Counted from the stretch's first letter, positions 1 to 10,020 are shown. The stretch is 64,000 nucleotides of DNA from Candidatus Woesearchaeota archaeon (GCA_016211215.1 JACQSR010000008.1:6546-70545), one strand, 5' to 3'. The notes: generated from the letters alone by a model not told the origin. Numbers and translations are program-made.

Positions 1-116
1 ATCAAGGCTAGGTAGAAGGAAAGGAACACCACCAATGAGTTCAGGAACTTGTCAAATATTATGATGGAGTTTATTATAAGGTTGATTTCCCTCATTACCC
101 TTGCAAAGTTCTTCAT
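1..116 (-). CDS. hypothetical membrane protein, N-terminal part only (gene runs off window start)
   Basis: ATG at 116-114, open to position 1 on the minus strand (MKNFARVMREINLIINSIIIFDKFLNSLVVFLSFYLAL...). Hydrophobic. Starts 9 nt after the stop of 126..641. Absent from the supplied track because there is no stop in the window. Confidence 0.3.
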   Translation of the reverse strand, partial: MKNFARVMREINLIINSIIIFDKFLNSLVVFLSFYLAL

Positions 117-125
117 GTTTTGCCT

Positions 126-641
126 TTATGGGCAGGTGCACAGCGCTTTTTGTGCAGTGCATGCATTATAATCTGCCTCGCAATCGTTAACATCTTCTTT
201 CAGCTCAGTTATCTCCGATTCCTTGTTTGCTATTTCCGCAGTCTTGGCCGCAAGGTCCTGCTCCATCTGAAGCATCCTTGCAATCCTGTCCGCAATCTCA
301 TTCTGGGCATCCCTTAAATCCGCCTGAAGCTTGTTTCTTTCATTCTCAACCTTTTCCTTGTCTGTTCGCAGGCTGTCGTACTTTGACTGCAGGTCAGAAG
401 CGCGCTCTTCACGAACCTCCAATTCCACGCTTGTTTCGTTGAGGATGTTCCTGTTAACCTGAAGCTCATTTGTGACTTTCTCAAGCTGGGCAAGCTTTGT
501 GCGGTAATCCTCGGTAAGGTTGTAGAACCTCATCTGGTAAAATGTGGTGAATCCGACAAAGATTATCAGGGTAACTATGATAAGAACCAGAAAGGTAAAG
601 TTCAAGTCGCGATTCATTACTGCCATTTTCCAGACCTCCAC
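126..641 (-). CDS. single-pass membrane protein with long coiled-coil and Cys-rich C-terminus
   Basis: N-terminal TM segment (FTFLVLIIVTLIIFVGFTTF), then heptad-like charged sequence, ending CEADYNACTAQKALCTCP. Overlaps the stop of the upstream VWA gene, which suggests the same operon. Confidence 0.6.
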   Translation of the reverse strand: MEVWKMAVMNRDLNFTFLVLIIVTLIIFVGFTTFYQMRFYNLTEDYRTKLAQLEKVTNELQVNRNILNETSVELEVREERASDLQSKYDSLRTDKEKVENERNKLQADLRDAQNEIADRIARMLQMEQDLAAKTAEIANKESEITELKEDVNDCEADYNACTAQKALCTCP

Positions 642-3022
642 GCCTTTAATTCCCTAAGCTTCCTGAACGCAATCTCGGTTAAAAGTATAACCATTAATGC
701 AATTAACAGCGGCCATTTGTACTCAACCGTATGCACCGTTGTTCGCCTTGAGTTCTTTTTCACGGTTTCCACTATCCTGTCAATATCCCTGGGGTCAAAT
801 ACACTTCCGCCTACAGTTGATACAATGTCTGCCATATCTGTATTCATGCCAACATAGTCATATTCCAGAGGATAGTTAACTGCAACAACCGCATCCATGA
901 CATCATGAAATCCGGTTGAGTTTGAGGTGAACTGGGCAACATAAACGCCGTTATCCACCTTGGAAAAATCAAGCCCGGAAGGCGTCTTGTCTCCGGTAAC
1001 CGTAACGGTTGTTGGGTCTCCAACGGTGGTGTCCCTTACATCTATGTCTGACTTCATTGTCCTTGATGGGTCTCCGACTGCAAAGTTCACCATCCTTATC
1101 AGCAATTTAAAGTTATCCTTTGACAGCATTGAACCTGACCATTGGGAACCATCGTCTGTAGTGTATGCAACAACATTCCCGAGTCCATACCTCCACGCCG
1201 TGATTAGGGGGTCGCCGGTGTTTGTCGAAACCAGCACTTTTGCAATCTCCTTCGGCACAACGAAATTATAGCCCGATATCATGGCCGACACTCCAATGTT
1301 TTTTGTGATGAATTCATTTGAGTTCGTAATTGTGACACTAATCTTCTTGTCGTCCAAGTCCTCCTCCACATCACCGAACAGTATTTTAAGATTTTGCTTT
1401 TCTGAAGGCCTGTAGTAAATGCCATCGCCGGCAGACGCAAGGGCCTTCATGAATGGCTCATTTGTCCTGTCACCAACGCTTACAGTATATGTTTTTATGC
1501 CGTTCTTTGCAGCTTCTCTTGCTTCCTCCAATGCATTTTCAGGATGCTGCGTCACACCATCGGATATCACTATTATGTTTTTTGAGCCCTGGGCGCTTTG
1601 GAGGGCGTAAACTGCCTTCCTTAATCCGGCATACACAAGTGTACCGCCAGTATCGCGAAGGCTTGCAATTTTTGAGACCATTTCAGGATGCTCTGATTTC
1701 ACTCCCAGCGGGCTTACCTGGAATGCATTGTGGTTGAATGCTATTACCCCGACCTTATGGGTAGCCCCTATGTCCCTGAGTATGTCAATTGCAAGGGATT
1801 TTTCAACATCTATGGAGGCGCTTGAGCCTGCGGAAAGGCCAGTGCTTTCGGAGATGTCAATGACAATCATTATGTTCATCTTGCTTTCCGTCCTCTTTTC
1901 ACCCTCGCCTACTTTGACAGGCATTAGCGATTCTATTACATTGTCCTTGTATGAGCCGCGTGCGAATGACTTATCGCCGCCAATTACCACAAGGCCGTTG
2001 CCCTCCGAAACATAATCAGATAATGTGCTGAAACGGGGCTCTATCTCTGCCGCCTCAAGGTTGTTCAGCACAACTGCAGAAAATCCCTCAATACGCTCCG
2101 GCACCTTGTCCTCTGCCTTGACATCATAAATGCTCTGAAGGTTTTTCAGGAACGGCGAGTCCTTCTTTGTGATATAGAGAAGCCTCGGCCTTGGCACAAC
2201 CTTTACTGTCTTGTAGAAAACATTGTTCTGCGGGAAGAAATCGCTGGCCGTTGCAGTTGCCGTAATCCTGTGGAACCCTTCATCAAGCTTCAGCTTGAAT
2301 TTTTTTGTCTCGGCATTCTTCTCCTTCAGGATTTGCTGGCCATCCACATCAACTGAAACCTCGTAGTCAACTTCACCCGCCTTGTTTATGTCGAGAAGGA
2401 ATTCCGTGTCAGAATCAACAATGACTTCCCTGGGACCAACAATTTTTACGCGAACATCTGAATGCACCGGCTCCATGTCCAGTGAGTTGACAGTTGAGTT
2501 CAGCATCGATGCAAACAGCATCATGTCCCCAAGTTCCCTGCCCTTGTTGCTGTTGCCGTCGCTTACAAGCAGTATGTTGTCATTTCCCTTGAGATTTGAC
2601 AGCAGGGCATCGCCCAACGGAGAGCTTTCCCCGATGCCTATGGTCCTTACCTCGGTAGGAAGCCTTCCTTCCAACCCATTTATGAGATTTTCCGAAATCG
2701 AGGAATCGAACATGGAAAATGAAGTTGAGTTGTCCACGAGTATTGTAAGAGTGGGGTCGCCTTCCACAACCGACTCTTCGGAAGTATAAGGCGAAGCAAA
2801 TGCCACTGCGAGAAGGGCGAATATTAAAATTCTGGTGATTATCATCAGCAGCTTGGGGAATTTTGTTGATTCCTCATACTCAGCCTGGTCTTTTTTTGAC
2901 TTGAATTTTACAAAGTCAGCTCGCAGAAGCAAAATGACCAATATTGCGACAGGTATTACTGCAAGCAGGGCATCCGGATGCCTGAGGCAGTAGTTTGCGT
3001 AGCACACATTTGAAAGTATCAT
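617..3022 (-). CDS. membrane protein with two von Willebrand factor A (VWA) domains, BatB-like
   Basis: Two MIDAS-like DxSxS motifs (LVDNSTSFS and VIDISESTG) with downstream SDG motifs (LLVSDGNSNKG, IIVISDGVTQ). N-terminal and C-terminal TM helices. 4-nt overlap with the upstream gene. Confidence 0.7.
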   Translation of the reverse strand: MILSNVCYANYCLRHPDALLAVIPVAILVILLLRADFVKFKSKKDQAEYEESTKFPKLLMIITRILIFALLAVAFASPYTSEESVVEGDPTLTILVDNSTSFSMFDSSISENLINGLEGRLPTEVRTIGIGESSPLGDALLSNLKGNDNILLVSDGNSNKGRELGDMMLFASMLNSTVNSLDMEPVHSDVRVKIVGPREVIVDSDTEFLLDINKAGEVDYEVSVDVDGQQILKEKNAETKKFKLKLDEGFHRITATATASDFFPQNNVFYKTVKVVPRPRLLYITKKDSPFLKNLQSIYDVKAEDKVPERIEGFSAVVLNNLEAAEIEPRFSTLSDYVSEGNGLVVIGGDKSFARGSYKDNVIESLMPVKVGEGEKRTESKMNIMIVIDISESTGLSAGSSASIDVEKSLAIDILRDIGATHKVGVIAFNHNAFQVSPLGVKSEHPEMVSKIASLRDTGGTLVYAGLRKAVYALQSAQGSKNIIVISDGVTQHPENALEEAREAAKNGIKTYTVSVGDRTNEPFMKALASAGDGIYYRPSEKQNLKILFGDVEEDLDDKKISVTITNSNEFITKNIGVSAMISGYNFVVPKEIAKVLVSTNTGDPLITAWRYGLGNVVAYTTDDGSQWSGSMLSKDNFKLLIRMVNFAVGDPSRTMKSDIDVRDTTVGDPTTVTVTGDKTPSGLDFSKVDNGVYVAQFTSNSTGFHDVMDAVVAVNYPLEYDYVGMNTDMADIVSTVGGSVFDPRDIDRIVETVKKNSRRTTVHTVEYKWPLLIALMVILLTEIAFRKLRELKAWRSGKWQ

Positions 3023-4845
3023 GCGTCACCCCTGAATTTAACTATTAGGAGCTCTGCTATAAGCAACAATGCAATAAGCGCAAGCAACGGCAGGTCAAGG
3101 CTGACCTCGCGCTCTGATGCCTCTTCAGCGGAGCCTGCAATGGATTCCTTGCCGGATTTCAGCATGTTGATTGCACCCACATTTGATTCCTTCTCGCTTA
3201 TCAGGTTGGAGGCTATTTCACGGCCTGAGTATGAATAGAATCCTGTTTCATCAAAGTAAATCCTGTTGGTCTTTAATGTTGCGCCCGGAGTGGATACCTC
3301 CTGCTCGGCTACAGGAATAATCTCGCCGGTATGCACGTTGAAATTCCCTATGTCTTCGGCGCCTGAAAGGAAGCCTATGAGCTCGGCCCAGAATATGGGG
3401 TATTCCGAGGTTGACTTGAAATCAGATTCGCGGTCAAAGATTCCGTAATAAACAGCTTTTCCGCTTCCATGCTCCTTCATCACAATGATTGGCACTTCCG
3501 AATCTGTTTTTGCAATTGCTGTAGTGCCGTTCTGCGCAGTAACATTGAAATATGGTGATTTTGTGAAGCAGCCATCGCCAAGGTTCTTGGTGAATCTGTT
3601 CACAATCTGGACGCATACCTGGGCGCTTTGCTGCTTTGCCCCCAATGGAAATGGCAGGATGTCTGACATGTCTATTGCGCCTAAGTCATTTTGGGGCATT
3701 ACAATCACGCTTGAGCCGCCCTTGGCGTATTTTGATATCAGGTTAAAATCGCCCGGAACAAGAAGATTTTTGTCAACATCATTGATTATCACGATGTCAT
3801 GGTTGAGATTTTCGGGATTTATTGTTGGGGGCCTTCTTACATCGAGCGATACGTCCGGAATTGCCTCCATTACCGCCTGCACATAGTTGTTTTCCTTCAG
3901 GTTTGAGACCAAAAGCACCTTTACCTTTTGATTGAAGGGATTGCTTATGGATACCTTGTTGTCGAGCATAAAATCGTCCTTTCTGTCCAGTATTATCTCT
4001 GACTTTCCCTGCGGCGTTGCAAATGTGAACTCCTCGACTGAATCAGGCTCGATGCTTACCGAGGCGCTGTCAAGCTTCTTTGAATCCCGCAGGATTTCTA
4101 TATCTGACTTAATTGCGTCCTTGTTGAAGTTTTTCACGGTTACTTTGGTTGTTATCTTGCTGACGCTCAGCGCTATTATGCCGACATTATCTGAATCCCC
4201 GCTCAGGTCCCTGAACTCAACAACGTGCTCTGCTGACTCAAGCCTGCTCTTTGCAACCATTATATCAGCACCTTCGGTTGGTATAAAATCACTGAGAACA
4301 ACTACCTTGCCCTTTTCGGTGCCCAAAATGTCGTTGGCCATCAGCAACGCGTCACCAATGTTGCTTGTGGTTGCCTTGGGGGAAATCTTCCCAAGAACGG
4401 AAAGGGCATCGCTCTTGCTTCCCTTGGTGAGCAGTGCGGAAGGAACATTTTCAGCAAGTATTATGCTTATCTTCCCGTCAAGGCTTTCCTTTGCCCTGGA
4501 AAGCGCAGTGTCAAACCTTGTCCCGATGCCGTATGAGGCCTGCATCGATGCGCTTCCGTCTATTATTATTACTGTGTTTTCGGATGAGGTTGTGAAAGGC
4601 ATGATTATGTAAGGGGATGCTATGGCAAGGGCAAGCCCGGCCAATGCAAGAAACTGAAGATAAAATATTATGTTCTGCACGAATCTTCTGAAGAATGTCT
4701 GCCTCTTGGTAAGCTTCTTCTCCTCCATGATGAACATCAATGAAGGAATAACCTTTTCTATGGGCTTTGGTTTGATGAGATAGATTATTATCAGGGGTAT
4801 CAATGAAAGCAGCGCATACAATCCCCACATGTTTGTGAACTGCAT
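3019..4845 (-). CDS. BatA-like membrane protein (aerotolerance-regulator N-terminal TM domain plus VWA domain)
   Basis: N-terminus MQFTNMWGLYALLSLIPLIIIYLIKPKP matches the BatA_N pattern. VWA MIDAS motif IIIDGSASM and VVVLSDFIPTEG. C-terminal TM LPLLALIALLLIAELLIV. Confidence 0.7.
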   Translation of the reverse strand: MQFTNMWGLYALLSLIPLIIIYLIKPKPIEKVIPSLMFIMEEKKLTKRQTFFRRFVQNIIFYLQFLALAGLALAIASPYIIMPFTTSSENTVIIIDGSASMQASYGIGTRFDTALSRAKESLDGKISIILAENVPSALLTKGSKSDALSVLGKISPKATTSNIGDALLMANDILGTEKGKVVVLSDFIPTEGADIMVAKSRLESAEHVVEFRDLSGDSDNVGIIALSVSKITTKVTVKNFNKDAIKSDIEILRDSKKLDSASVSIEPDSVEEFTFATPQGKSEIILDRKDDFMLDNKVSISNPFNQKVKVLLVSNLKENNYVQAVMEAIPDVSLDVRRPPTINPENLNHDIVIINDVDKNLLVPGDFNLISKYAKGGSSVIVMPQNDLGAIDMSDILPFPLGAKQQSAQVCVQIVNRFTKNLGDGCFTKSPYFNVTAQNGTTAIAKTDSEVPIIVMKEHGSGKAVYYGIFDRESDFKSTSEYPIFWAELIGFLSGAEDIGNFNVHTGEIIPVAEQEVSTPGATLKTNRIYFDETGFYSYSGREIASNLISEKESNVGAINMLKSGKESIAGSAEEASEREVSLDLPLLALIALLLIAELLIVKFRGDA

Positions 4846-5048
4846 TATGGCGACCTCGCGCTTTTCTTCAGCAGCCTTGAAAGGTCCTCATGGCTGCATA
4901 AATCCTTGGTGACAATGAGGAATCCATCGACGGAATACCAGTAGACTTCGCTTCCAACCTCAACGCCGAGGCCCGAGCGCCCTTCCATGGGCAGCGTGGT
5001 CTGGCCCTGCGTCGTGAGCCTCGATTTTCCCAAAAAGCTGACTTTCAT
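4845..5048 (-). CDS. AbrB/SpoVT/MazE-type small DNA-binding protein
   Basis: SRLTTQGQTTLPMEGRSGLGVEVGSEVYWY fits the looped-hinge-helix pattern (KGQvtIPkeiR..lgi..Gd.v). Its TAA overlaps the ATG of the BatA-like gene (TAATG). Confidence 0.6.
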   Translation of the reverse strand: MKVSFLGKSRLTTQGQTTLPMEGRSGLGVEVGSEVYWYSVDGFLIVTKDLCSHEDLSRLLKKSARSP

Positions 5049-5132
5049 TGTTTATTAATATTAATCCTTGTAATACTAATCTTATCTATCTTAGAACTAA
5101 TCAATTTAATAAGCACTATTTAAATGTTGCGG

Positions 5133-7208
5133 TCAATGCACCGTCCCTTCCTTTACCTTATCAACAACAACATCCTCAGGGCCGGCCGAGAGCGATTGAT
5201 TGCCGTACAGGACTTTGCCGTCATGGACAATCATCTTCAGCTTTTCAAACTCCTCATAGGTTACCTGCAACTTTGAGTTTTCCGAACTGCCGAACATTGC
5301 ACTTTCGCCGTCTTCTGCGGCTTTTACAGTGAGTATTCCCACATTTCCATTCTGGTCTTCCCCGGCAAGAAGCATTCCGTTGCTTTCTATGCCGCGGAGT
5401 TTTGCAGGCTTGAGGTTTGCAACAACAATTATTTTTTTGCCCTTCAGTTCGTCAGCAGAGTAATGCTTCCTGAGCCCTGCAACAAGCTGCCTTTCCTCCT
5501 TTCCAATCCGGATTTTAAGGATGTAAAGCCTGTCTGCATCGGGATGCTCCCTTACTTCAACAATCCTGGCAACTTTCAGGTCAAGGGGAAATAAATCCTT
5601 CTTCTTTTGCTCAAATCTTTCGACAAGGACTTTTGGCTCATTGATGGAATAAGCCTTGGTTTCCACGCCGATGTCATTCCACGAGAGCTTTTTCAGGTTA
5701 AGCTGGTTTTGAAGTGTGGAAGAAAAGACAGGAAGTACCGGAGAAACCACAATGCACAGTATTTTTGTGATGTCAACGCAGGTTCCCAGCACATCATGGG
5801 CTTTTTTCCTGTCCGTTTTCAGCAGCTTCCACGGCTCATTCTCCTGAAAGTATTTGTTTCCAAGCGAGGATAATGCAAGAATCCCCTTAACTGCTTCGTT
5901 GAGGTTGACGGATGAGTAGCTGTCTTTTATCCTTGCAACAACATCATCAATTTCCTTCAGCAGCTTCCCATCCCTGCCTTTGCCCCTGATTTTGCCATCA
6001 AAGTTTTTCGCAGTAAATGAAAGGACGCGATAGCAGAAATTTCCAATGTTGGCTGCAAGCTCATTGTTTATTGAATCTTCAAATTCCCTGAAGTTGAGGT
6101 CTATGTCGGCCATCTTCTTGCTGATGGTTTTTGCATAATAATACCTTAGATATTCGGGATTATACTGCGATGCAAATTCCCCTGCGGTAAGGAAAGTTCC
6201 GCGTGATTTTGACATCTTCTGCCCGTTTACCGTAAGAAAGCCGTGAACCACAATCTCTTCCGGAAGGTTGAAGCCTGAGCCCATGAGCATTGCGGGCCAG
6301 AAGAGGAAATGGAAGTAGATTATGTCCTTTCCGATGAAGTGGATTATCTTCGAGTTTTTTGACTTCCAGTAATGCTTTTCCGCGTCAAGCTTATTGGCCT
6401 TGCAGTAATGCTGGGTGGATGCTATGTAACCTATCGGCGCATCGAGCCATACATAGTAGTAGAGATTTTCCTCGCCGGGAATTTTGAACCCGAAGTATGG
6501 GCCGTCCCTTGAGATGTCCCAGTCCTGCAAACCGTCCTTAATCCAGTTTCTTATGTAGTTGACTATTTCCGGCTGAAGGGATTTATTGGCGGTAAGCCAT
6601 GAATCAAGCTTACCCGAGAAATGGCTAAGCTTAAAAAAATAATGGGTTGATTTTTTTCTTCCCGGAGAGGAGCCGCAGATGGTGCAGTAAGGGCTTACAA
6701 GGTCAGTTGTGTTGTATGTTGCATTGCAGCTCTCGCAAACATCGCCGTACTGGTCAACAGCATTGCACTTGGGGCATTTCCCCTTGACATACCTGTCCGG
6801 AAGAAACCTTTTGCAGTGCGGGCAGTATGTGAGCTCAACTTCCTTCTGGTATATTAAATCCCCTTTCTTCAGCTCATTGAATATCTGGTTGGAATAATGC
6901 TGGTTTTCGGGGCTGTTAGTTGTGTAGTAGGAATCAAAGGAGATATGGAATTTTTCAAAATCTTCCTGATGCCCGATATGAAATTTGCCTATTATTTCTT
7001 CCGGCTTCACGCCCTCCTTCATTGCTGCAATTTCTATTGGGGCGCCGTGAGCATCATCCGCGCAGCAGTAAATTGCGTCTTCGCCGATAAGCTTTAGAAA
7101 TCTCACGTAAATATCAGTCTGTATGTATTCCACCAAATGCCCTACGTGTATTGGGCCGTTGGCGTATGGCAGTGCCGATGTAATTAGGATTTTCTTTTTT
7201 GGGGGCAT
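5133..7208 (-). CDS. metG: methionyl-tRNA synthetase with C-terminal tRNA-binding (Trbp111/EMAP-like) domain
   Basis: HIGH motif (PIHVGHL), KMSKS motif (KMSKSRG), Zn knuckles (CPHCKR, CPKCN, CESCN). C-terminal VARIVEVREHPDADRLYILKIRIG. Confidence 0.97.
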   Translation of the reverse strand: MPPKKKILITSALPYANGPIHVGHLVEYIQTDIYVRFLKLIGEDAIYCCADDAHGAPIEIAAMKEGVKPEEIIGKFHIGHQEDFEKFHISFDSYYTTNSPENQHYSNQIFNELKKGDLIYQKEVELTYCPHCKRFLPDRYVKGKCPKCNAVDQYGDVCESCNATYNTTDLVSPYCTICGSSPGRKKSTHYFFKLSHFSGKLDSWLTANKSLQPEIVNYIRNWIKDGLQDWDISRDGPYFGFKIPGEENLYYYVWLDAPIGYIASTQHYCKANKLDAEKHYWKSKNSKIIHFIGKDIIYFHFLFWPAMLMGSGFNLPEEIVVHGFLTVNGQKMSKSRGTFLTAGEFASQYNPEYLRYYYAKTISKKMADIDLNFREFEDSINNELAANIGNFCYRVLSFTAKNFDGKIRGKGRDGKLLKEIDDVVARIKDSYSSVNLNEAVKGILALSSLGNKYFQENEPWKLLKTDRKKAHDVLGTCVDITKILCIVVSPVLPVFSSTLQNQLNLKKLSWNDIGVETKAYSINEPKVLVERFEQKKKDLFPLDLKVARIVEVREHPDADRLYILKIRIGKEERQLVAGLRKHYSADELKGKKIIVVANLKPAKLRGIESNGMLLAGEDQNGNVGILTVKAAEDGESAMFGSSENSKLQVTYEEFEKLKMIVHDGKVLYGNQSLSAGPEDVVVDKVKEGTVH

Positions 7209-7303
7209 TTAATGGTAGAAAAAGGGAGCATATAAAAAGGTTGGGGAAGCACAACCGATAACGGAAAGATTTAAATATTAATACACATTTATACACACCT
7301 GTA

Positions 7304-7645
7304 ATGAAATTCACGCTTAGCAGGAAGGATATCATTGCACTCAACCAGTGCTTTGACAACGGCCACGTGCATAATGAGGCAAGCCTCGATTTTGCCCTGG
7401 ATTATGCAAGGAGGACTGAAAACTGGACAAAGGCTCTGGCATGGCTCACGAGGGCCATACTGCTCGACCATGTTTTTGAGGAGGGGAACAAAAGAACGGC
7501 AGCTTTGCTGATAGTCACATATGCGGAATTTGAGGGGCATGACACATATGACGATAAGGTACTTAAATTGATTAAGGAAGTTATAATAAAGAAGACCACC
7601 AGTATAACCAGGATAGAGGAGATGATTAAGGATGCCATCAAATAA
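7304..7645 (+). CDS. doc: Doc/Fic-family toxin (death-on-curing type)
   Basis: HVFEEGNKRTA matches the Doc-type variant of the Fic motif, HxFx(D/E)(A/G)NKR. 113 aa, a typical Doc size. TATA-like TTTAAATA about 25 nt upstream. Confidence 0.8.
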   Translation: MKFTLSRKDIIALNQCFDNGHVHNEASLDFALDYARRTENWTKALAWLTRAILLDHVFEEGNKRTAALLIVTYAEFEGHDTYDDKVLKLIKEVIIKKTTSITRIEEMIKDAIK

Positions 7646-7874
7646 GTTTGTGAAGACTGCGAAGAGGATTGCTGAAAGGGACAAGGCTCTTTTTGATGAG
7701 CTTTTGGAGTTCGAGAAGACCAAGAAAATCAGGACTAAAACAAGGCTTAACTTTACTATTGACAAAGGAGTTGCTTCAAGGTTTAAGAGGCTCTGCAGGG
7801 AAAAGGGCTACAACATGAGCGCAAGGGTAGAGCAGGCTATCAACAAAATGATAAAGAAAGGCGAGGCTGCTTAA
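7632..7874 (+). CDS. ribbon-helix-helix (CopG-like) protein, putative Doc antitoxin
   Basis: C-terminal RLNFTIDKGVASRFKRLCREKGYNMSARVEQAINKMI fits a strand-helix-helix layout. Overlaps the doc stop by 14 nt. Confidence 0.55.
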   Translation: MPSNKFVKTAKRIAERDKALFDELLEFEKTKKIRTKTRLNFTIDKGVASRFKRLCREKGYNMSARVEQAINKMIKKGEAA

Positions 7875-8284
7875 TCCTCGTCAATATCCTTGCCGCCTTT
7901 CCCCTCCTTCATCTTCTTTGTAATGCCTATTTTTTGGCTGCAGAAGGTGCATGAAAATACATAAGCCTGAATTCCGTTGAAACTCTTTCTCCTGTATTCC
8001 GTGGTTGCTTCCCCTGATTTTTTGCAGTGGGGGCAGGCGTATTGTATTTCCATCATGAGGCTGTTCTCATGCTCTGCCTTTTCTTCCCTGTAGCCGCAGC
8101 CGGGGCAGACATATTCAAGCGCCCTTATCTTTTTTTTCCCCTTCTCAACGGGCTTTCCCATGGTTGCCTTTTTGCACTTCGGGCATGGCTTGCGGTAAAC
8201 CCACGCAACAGCCTTCCCGCTTCCAATAGTGCGATTGGTAAAGTAAATGCACTCATCCATGCTGTTTGGGAATTTTAATGCCAT
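7871..8284 (-). CDS. double zinc-ribbon protein, function unknown
   Basis: Four CxxC pairs (CPKCKK, CPGCG, CPHCKK, CTFCSQ). Basic/acidic tail. Confidence 0.55.
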   Translation of the reverse strand: MALKFPNSMDECIYFTNRTIGSGKAVAWVYRKPCPKCKKATMGKPVEKGKKKIRALEYVCPGCGYREEKAEHENSLMMEIQYACPHCKKSGEATTEYRRKSFNGIQAYVFSCTFCSQKIGITKKMKEGKGGKDIDED

Positions 8285-9073
8285 TCAAACCACCTTCAAT
8301 CTTTTCACTTCGATGCTAATTGCGTTGTCCAGCACCCGGATGTATCTCGGACAAAGGGTAAATTCTAAGCCATTGCCTCTGCAGTAATTTATAAGATTTT
8401 GCTTTTCGGATTCATTGCGAAATCTGGCAATAACGTTGATTCCTGAAAGATTTGGGTGGATAATTTCATAGCCTGAAAGGTCTTTTTTTATTCTTTCCGC
8501 CATTTCTTTGTATTTTGAATATTTAATTTCCAGCAAATTAAGCTCTCCTCCTAATTTGTCAAGATATCCCCCATCAAACTCCTCAAATTTCCTTGCAGGT
8601 TCGATTAGCATATCATCGCCAAATGCCAAACATCCCCCATATCCGGCATTTATGGGCTTCCATTTTCCGAAAGAGCATACAACTATATCGCAATATTCGG
8701 GAGGGTACATTTCACTTCCAACGCAGCCCGTAATGTCAAGGATAACTTTGCATTTATTCTTGCAGATTTCATAAATTTCCTTTGACTTCTGCTCCGCAAA
8801 ATAGCCAGCAGGATTCTGGTAGATGAAAACATCAGAATAAGCTGCCTTTTTCCTTAAATCTTCCAAATCAATAACACCAAAATCCGTTTTTACCTCTTCA
8901 ACTTCATACCCTAATTTCAGAGGAATTTTTTTATAGGAAAGCCATCCGCCCTGGTCTGGAATGAGGCATTTCTTTCCCTTGAGAATTGAAAACACTGCCT
9001 TGATGGCGTGGTCGCCTGAGGGAGTGAGGATTAAATGTTTTTTTCCAATAAGCCTTTTCAAATTCTCATCCAT
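8285..9073 (-). CDS. PLP-dependent (fold type I / DegT-like) enzyme-like protein
   Basis: DIVVCSFGKWKPINAGYGGCL resembles the DegT/aminotransferase lysine region (D..vfSF...K......GG). The protein is short for the family and the assignment is weak. Confidence 0.4.
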   Translation of the reverse strand: MDENLKRLIGKKHLILTPSGDHAIKAVFSILKGKKCLIPDQGGWLSYKKIPLKLGYEVEEVKTDFGVIDLEDLRKKAAYSDVFIYQNPAGYFAEQKSKEIYEICKNKCKVILDITGCVGSEMYPPEYCDIVVCSFGKWKPINAGYGGCLAFGDDMLIEPARKFEEFDGGYLDKLGGELNLLEIKYSKYKEMAERIKKDLSGYEIIHPNLSGINVIARFRNESEKQNLINYCRGNGLEFTLCPRYIRVLDNAISIEVKRLKVV

Positions 9074-9120
9074 ACCTAAAAGAAAATGGGTTTGGTTTAT
9101 ATAATATTAGGAATGGGCGG

Positions 9121-10020
9121 TTACTTAACAATTCCCCGAACCATTTGAGGGTATTGAATGTCCTTATAGGTGCAGTCAATATCTGCCCTGTCGAGTAGGG
9201 CGCCATGGTATAATTGCCTTGCAAAAGAGATGCTCTTCAGATATTGATTGTAATAGAAGTTATCGGGTAGGCTGCCAGGGGGTACAATCTTAGTTGGCTC
9301 TCCTTTCATAAAAGTGTCTTCCCGTTTTTTTAATTCCCTGTGCACCCAGAACTTAAACATATCATCATAATCCTCGCTTATTGCCGGAACCATAATAAAC
9401 TCCCTGTACAAGAAACGCACGTTCATTTCAGTAACGCGGTTTTCATTCGAGAAAAGACCATAATCCTTTGCAACATCCCTAAATGCCCACAAGGTTAGCC
9501 CCTCTTCAGCAAGGCGGTTAGTGGGTATATTCAGCTCGAATTCGTTCCCTTCCCTGCTTAGTAAGTATACCCTCCTTTCCTGAGGCTCTTTATGCAGATC
9601 TTCTTCAGCTACTCCCTTATGCACATCATAAAATTCTTCCAATCCAAAGATATGGAGATTCTCGAGTCTTCTAGCCACATCATCGGAGAGTATGTCTTCC
9701 ATTTTGATTTTTTCCGCCTCGGCCTTTTTTGCGGGGTCTAACAATGGTGACTCGCGGACCAGCAAAAGAGGGTTATTCGGGAGATATACAGCACCCTCTA
9801 CAACAAACCCCCCGGTGTCGCACAAGGAATCCTCCTTCGCGGACTTCATTCTTGCATATGCCAAATCCCTCAAAGAAATCATGCTTGACGCTCCAGCCCG
9901 CTCCAACTGCCCAATCGCCTCAAACAAGGGAGCCTTAGCCATCATAATCTTTCCCAAGCCCTCAACTACACCCTCCAATAGAACTTCTGAAGTTTTGTAT
10001 GGGAGCGAATACCTGTCCAT
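9121..10020 (-). CDS. hypothetical protein
   Basis: Long ORF with no competing frame. No motif recognised. Confidence 0.5.
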   Translation of the reverse strand: MDRYSLPYKTSEVLLEGVVEGLGKIMMAKAPLFEAIGQLERAGASSMISLRDLAYARMKSAKEDSLCDTGGFVVEGAVYLPNNPLLLVRESPLLDPAKKAEAEKIKMEDILSDDVARRLENLHIFGLEEFYDVHKGVAEEDLHKEPQERRVYLLSREGNEFELNIPTNRLAEEGLTLWAFRDVAKDYGLFSNENRVTEMNVRFLYREFIMVPAISEDYDDMFKFWVHRELKKREDTFMKGEPTKIVPPGSLPDNFYYNQYLKSISFARQLYHGALLDRADIDCTYKDIQYPQMVRGIVK

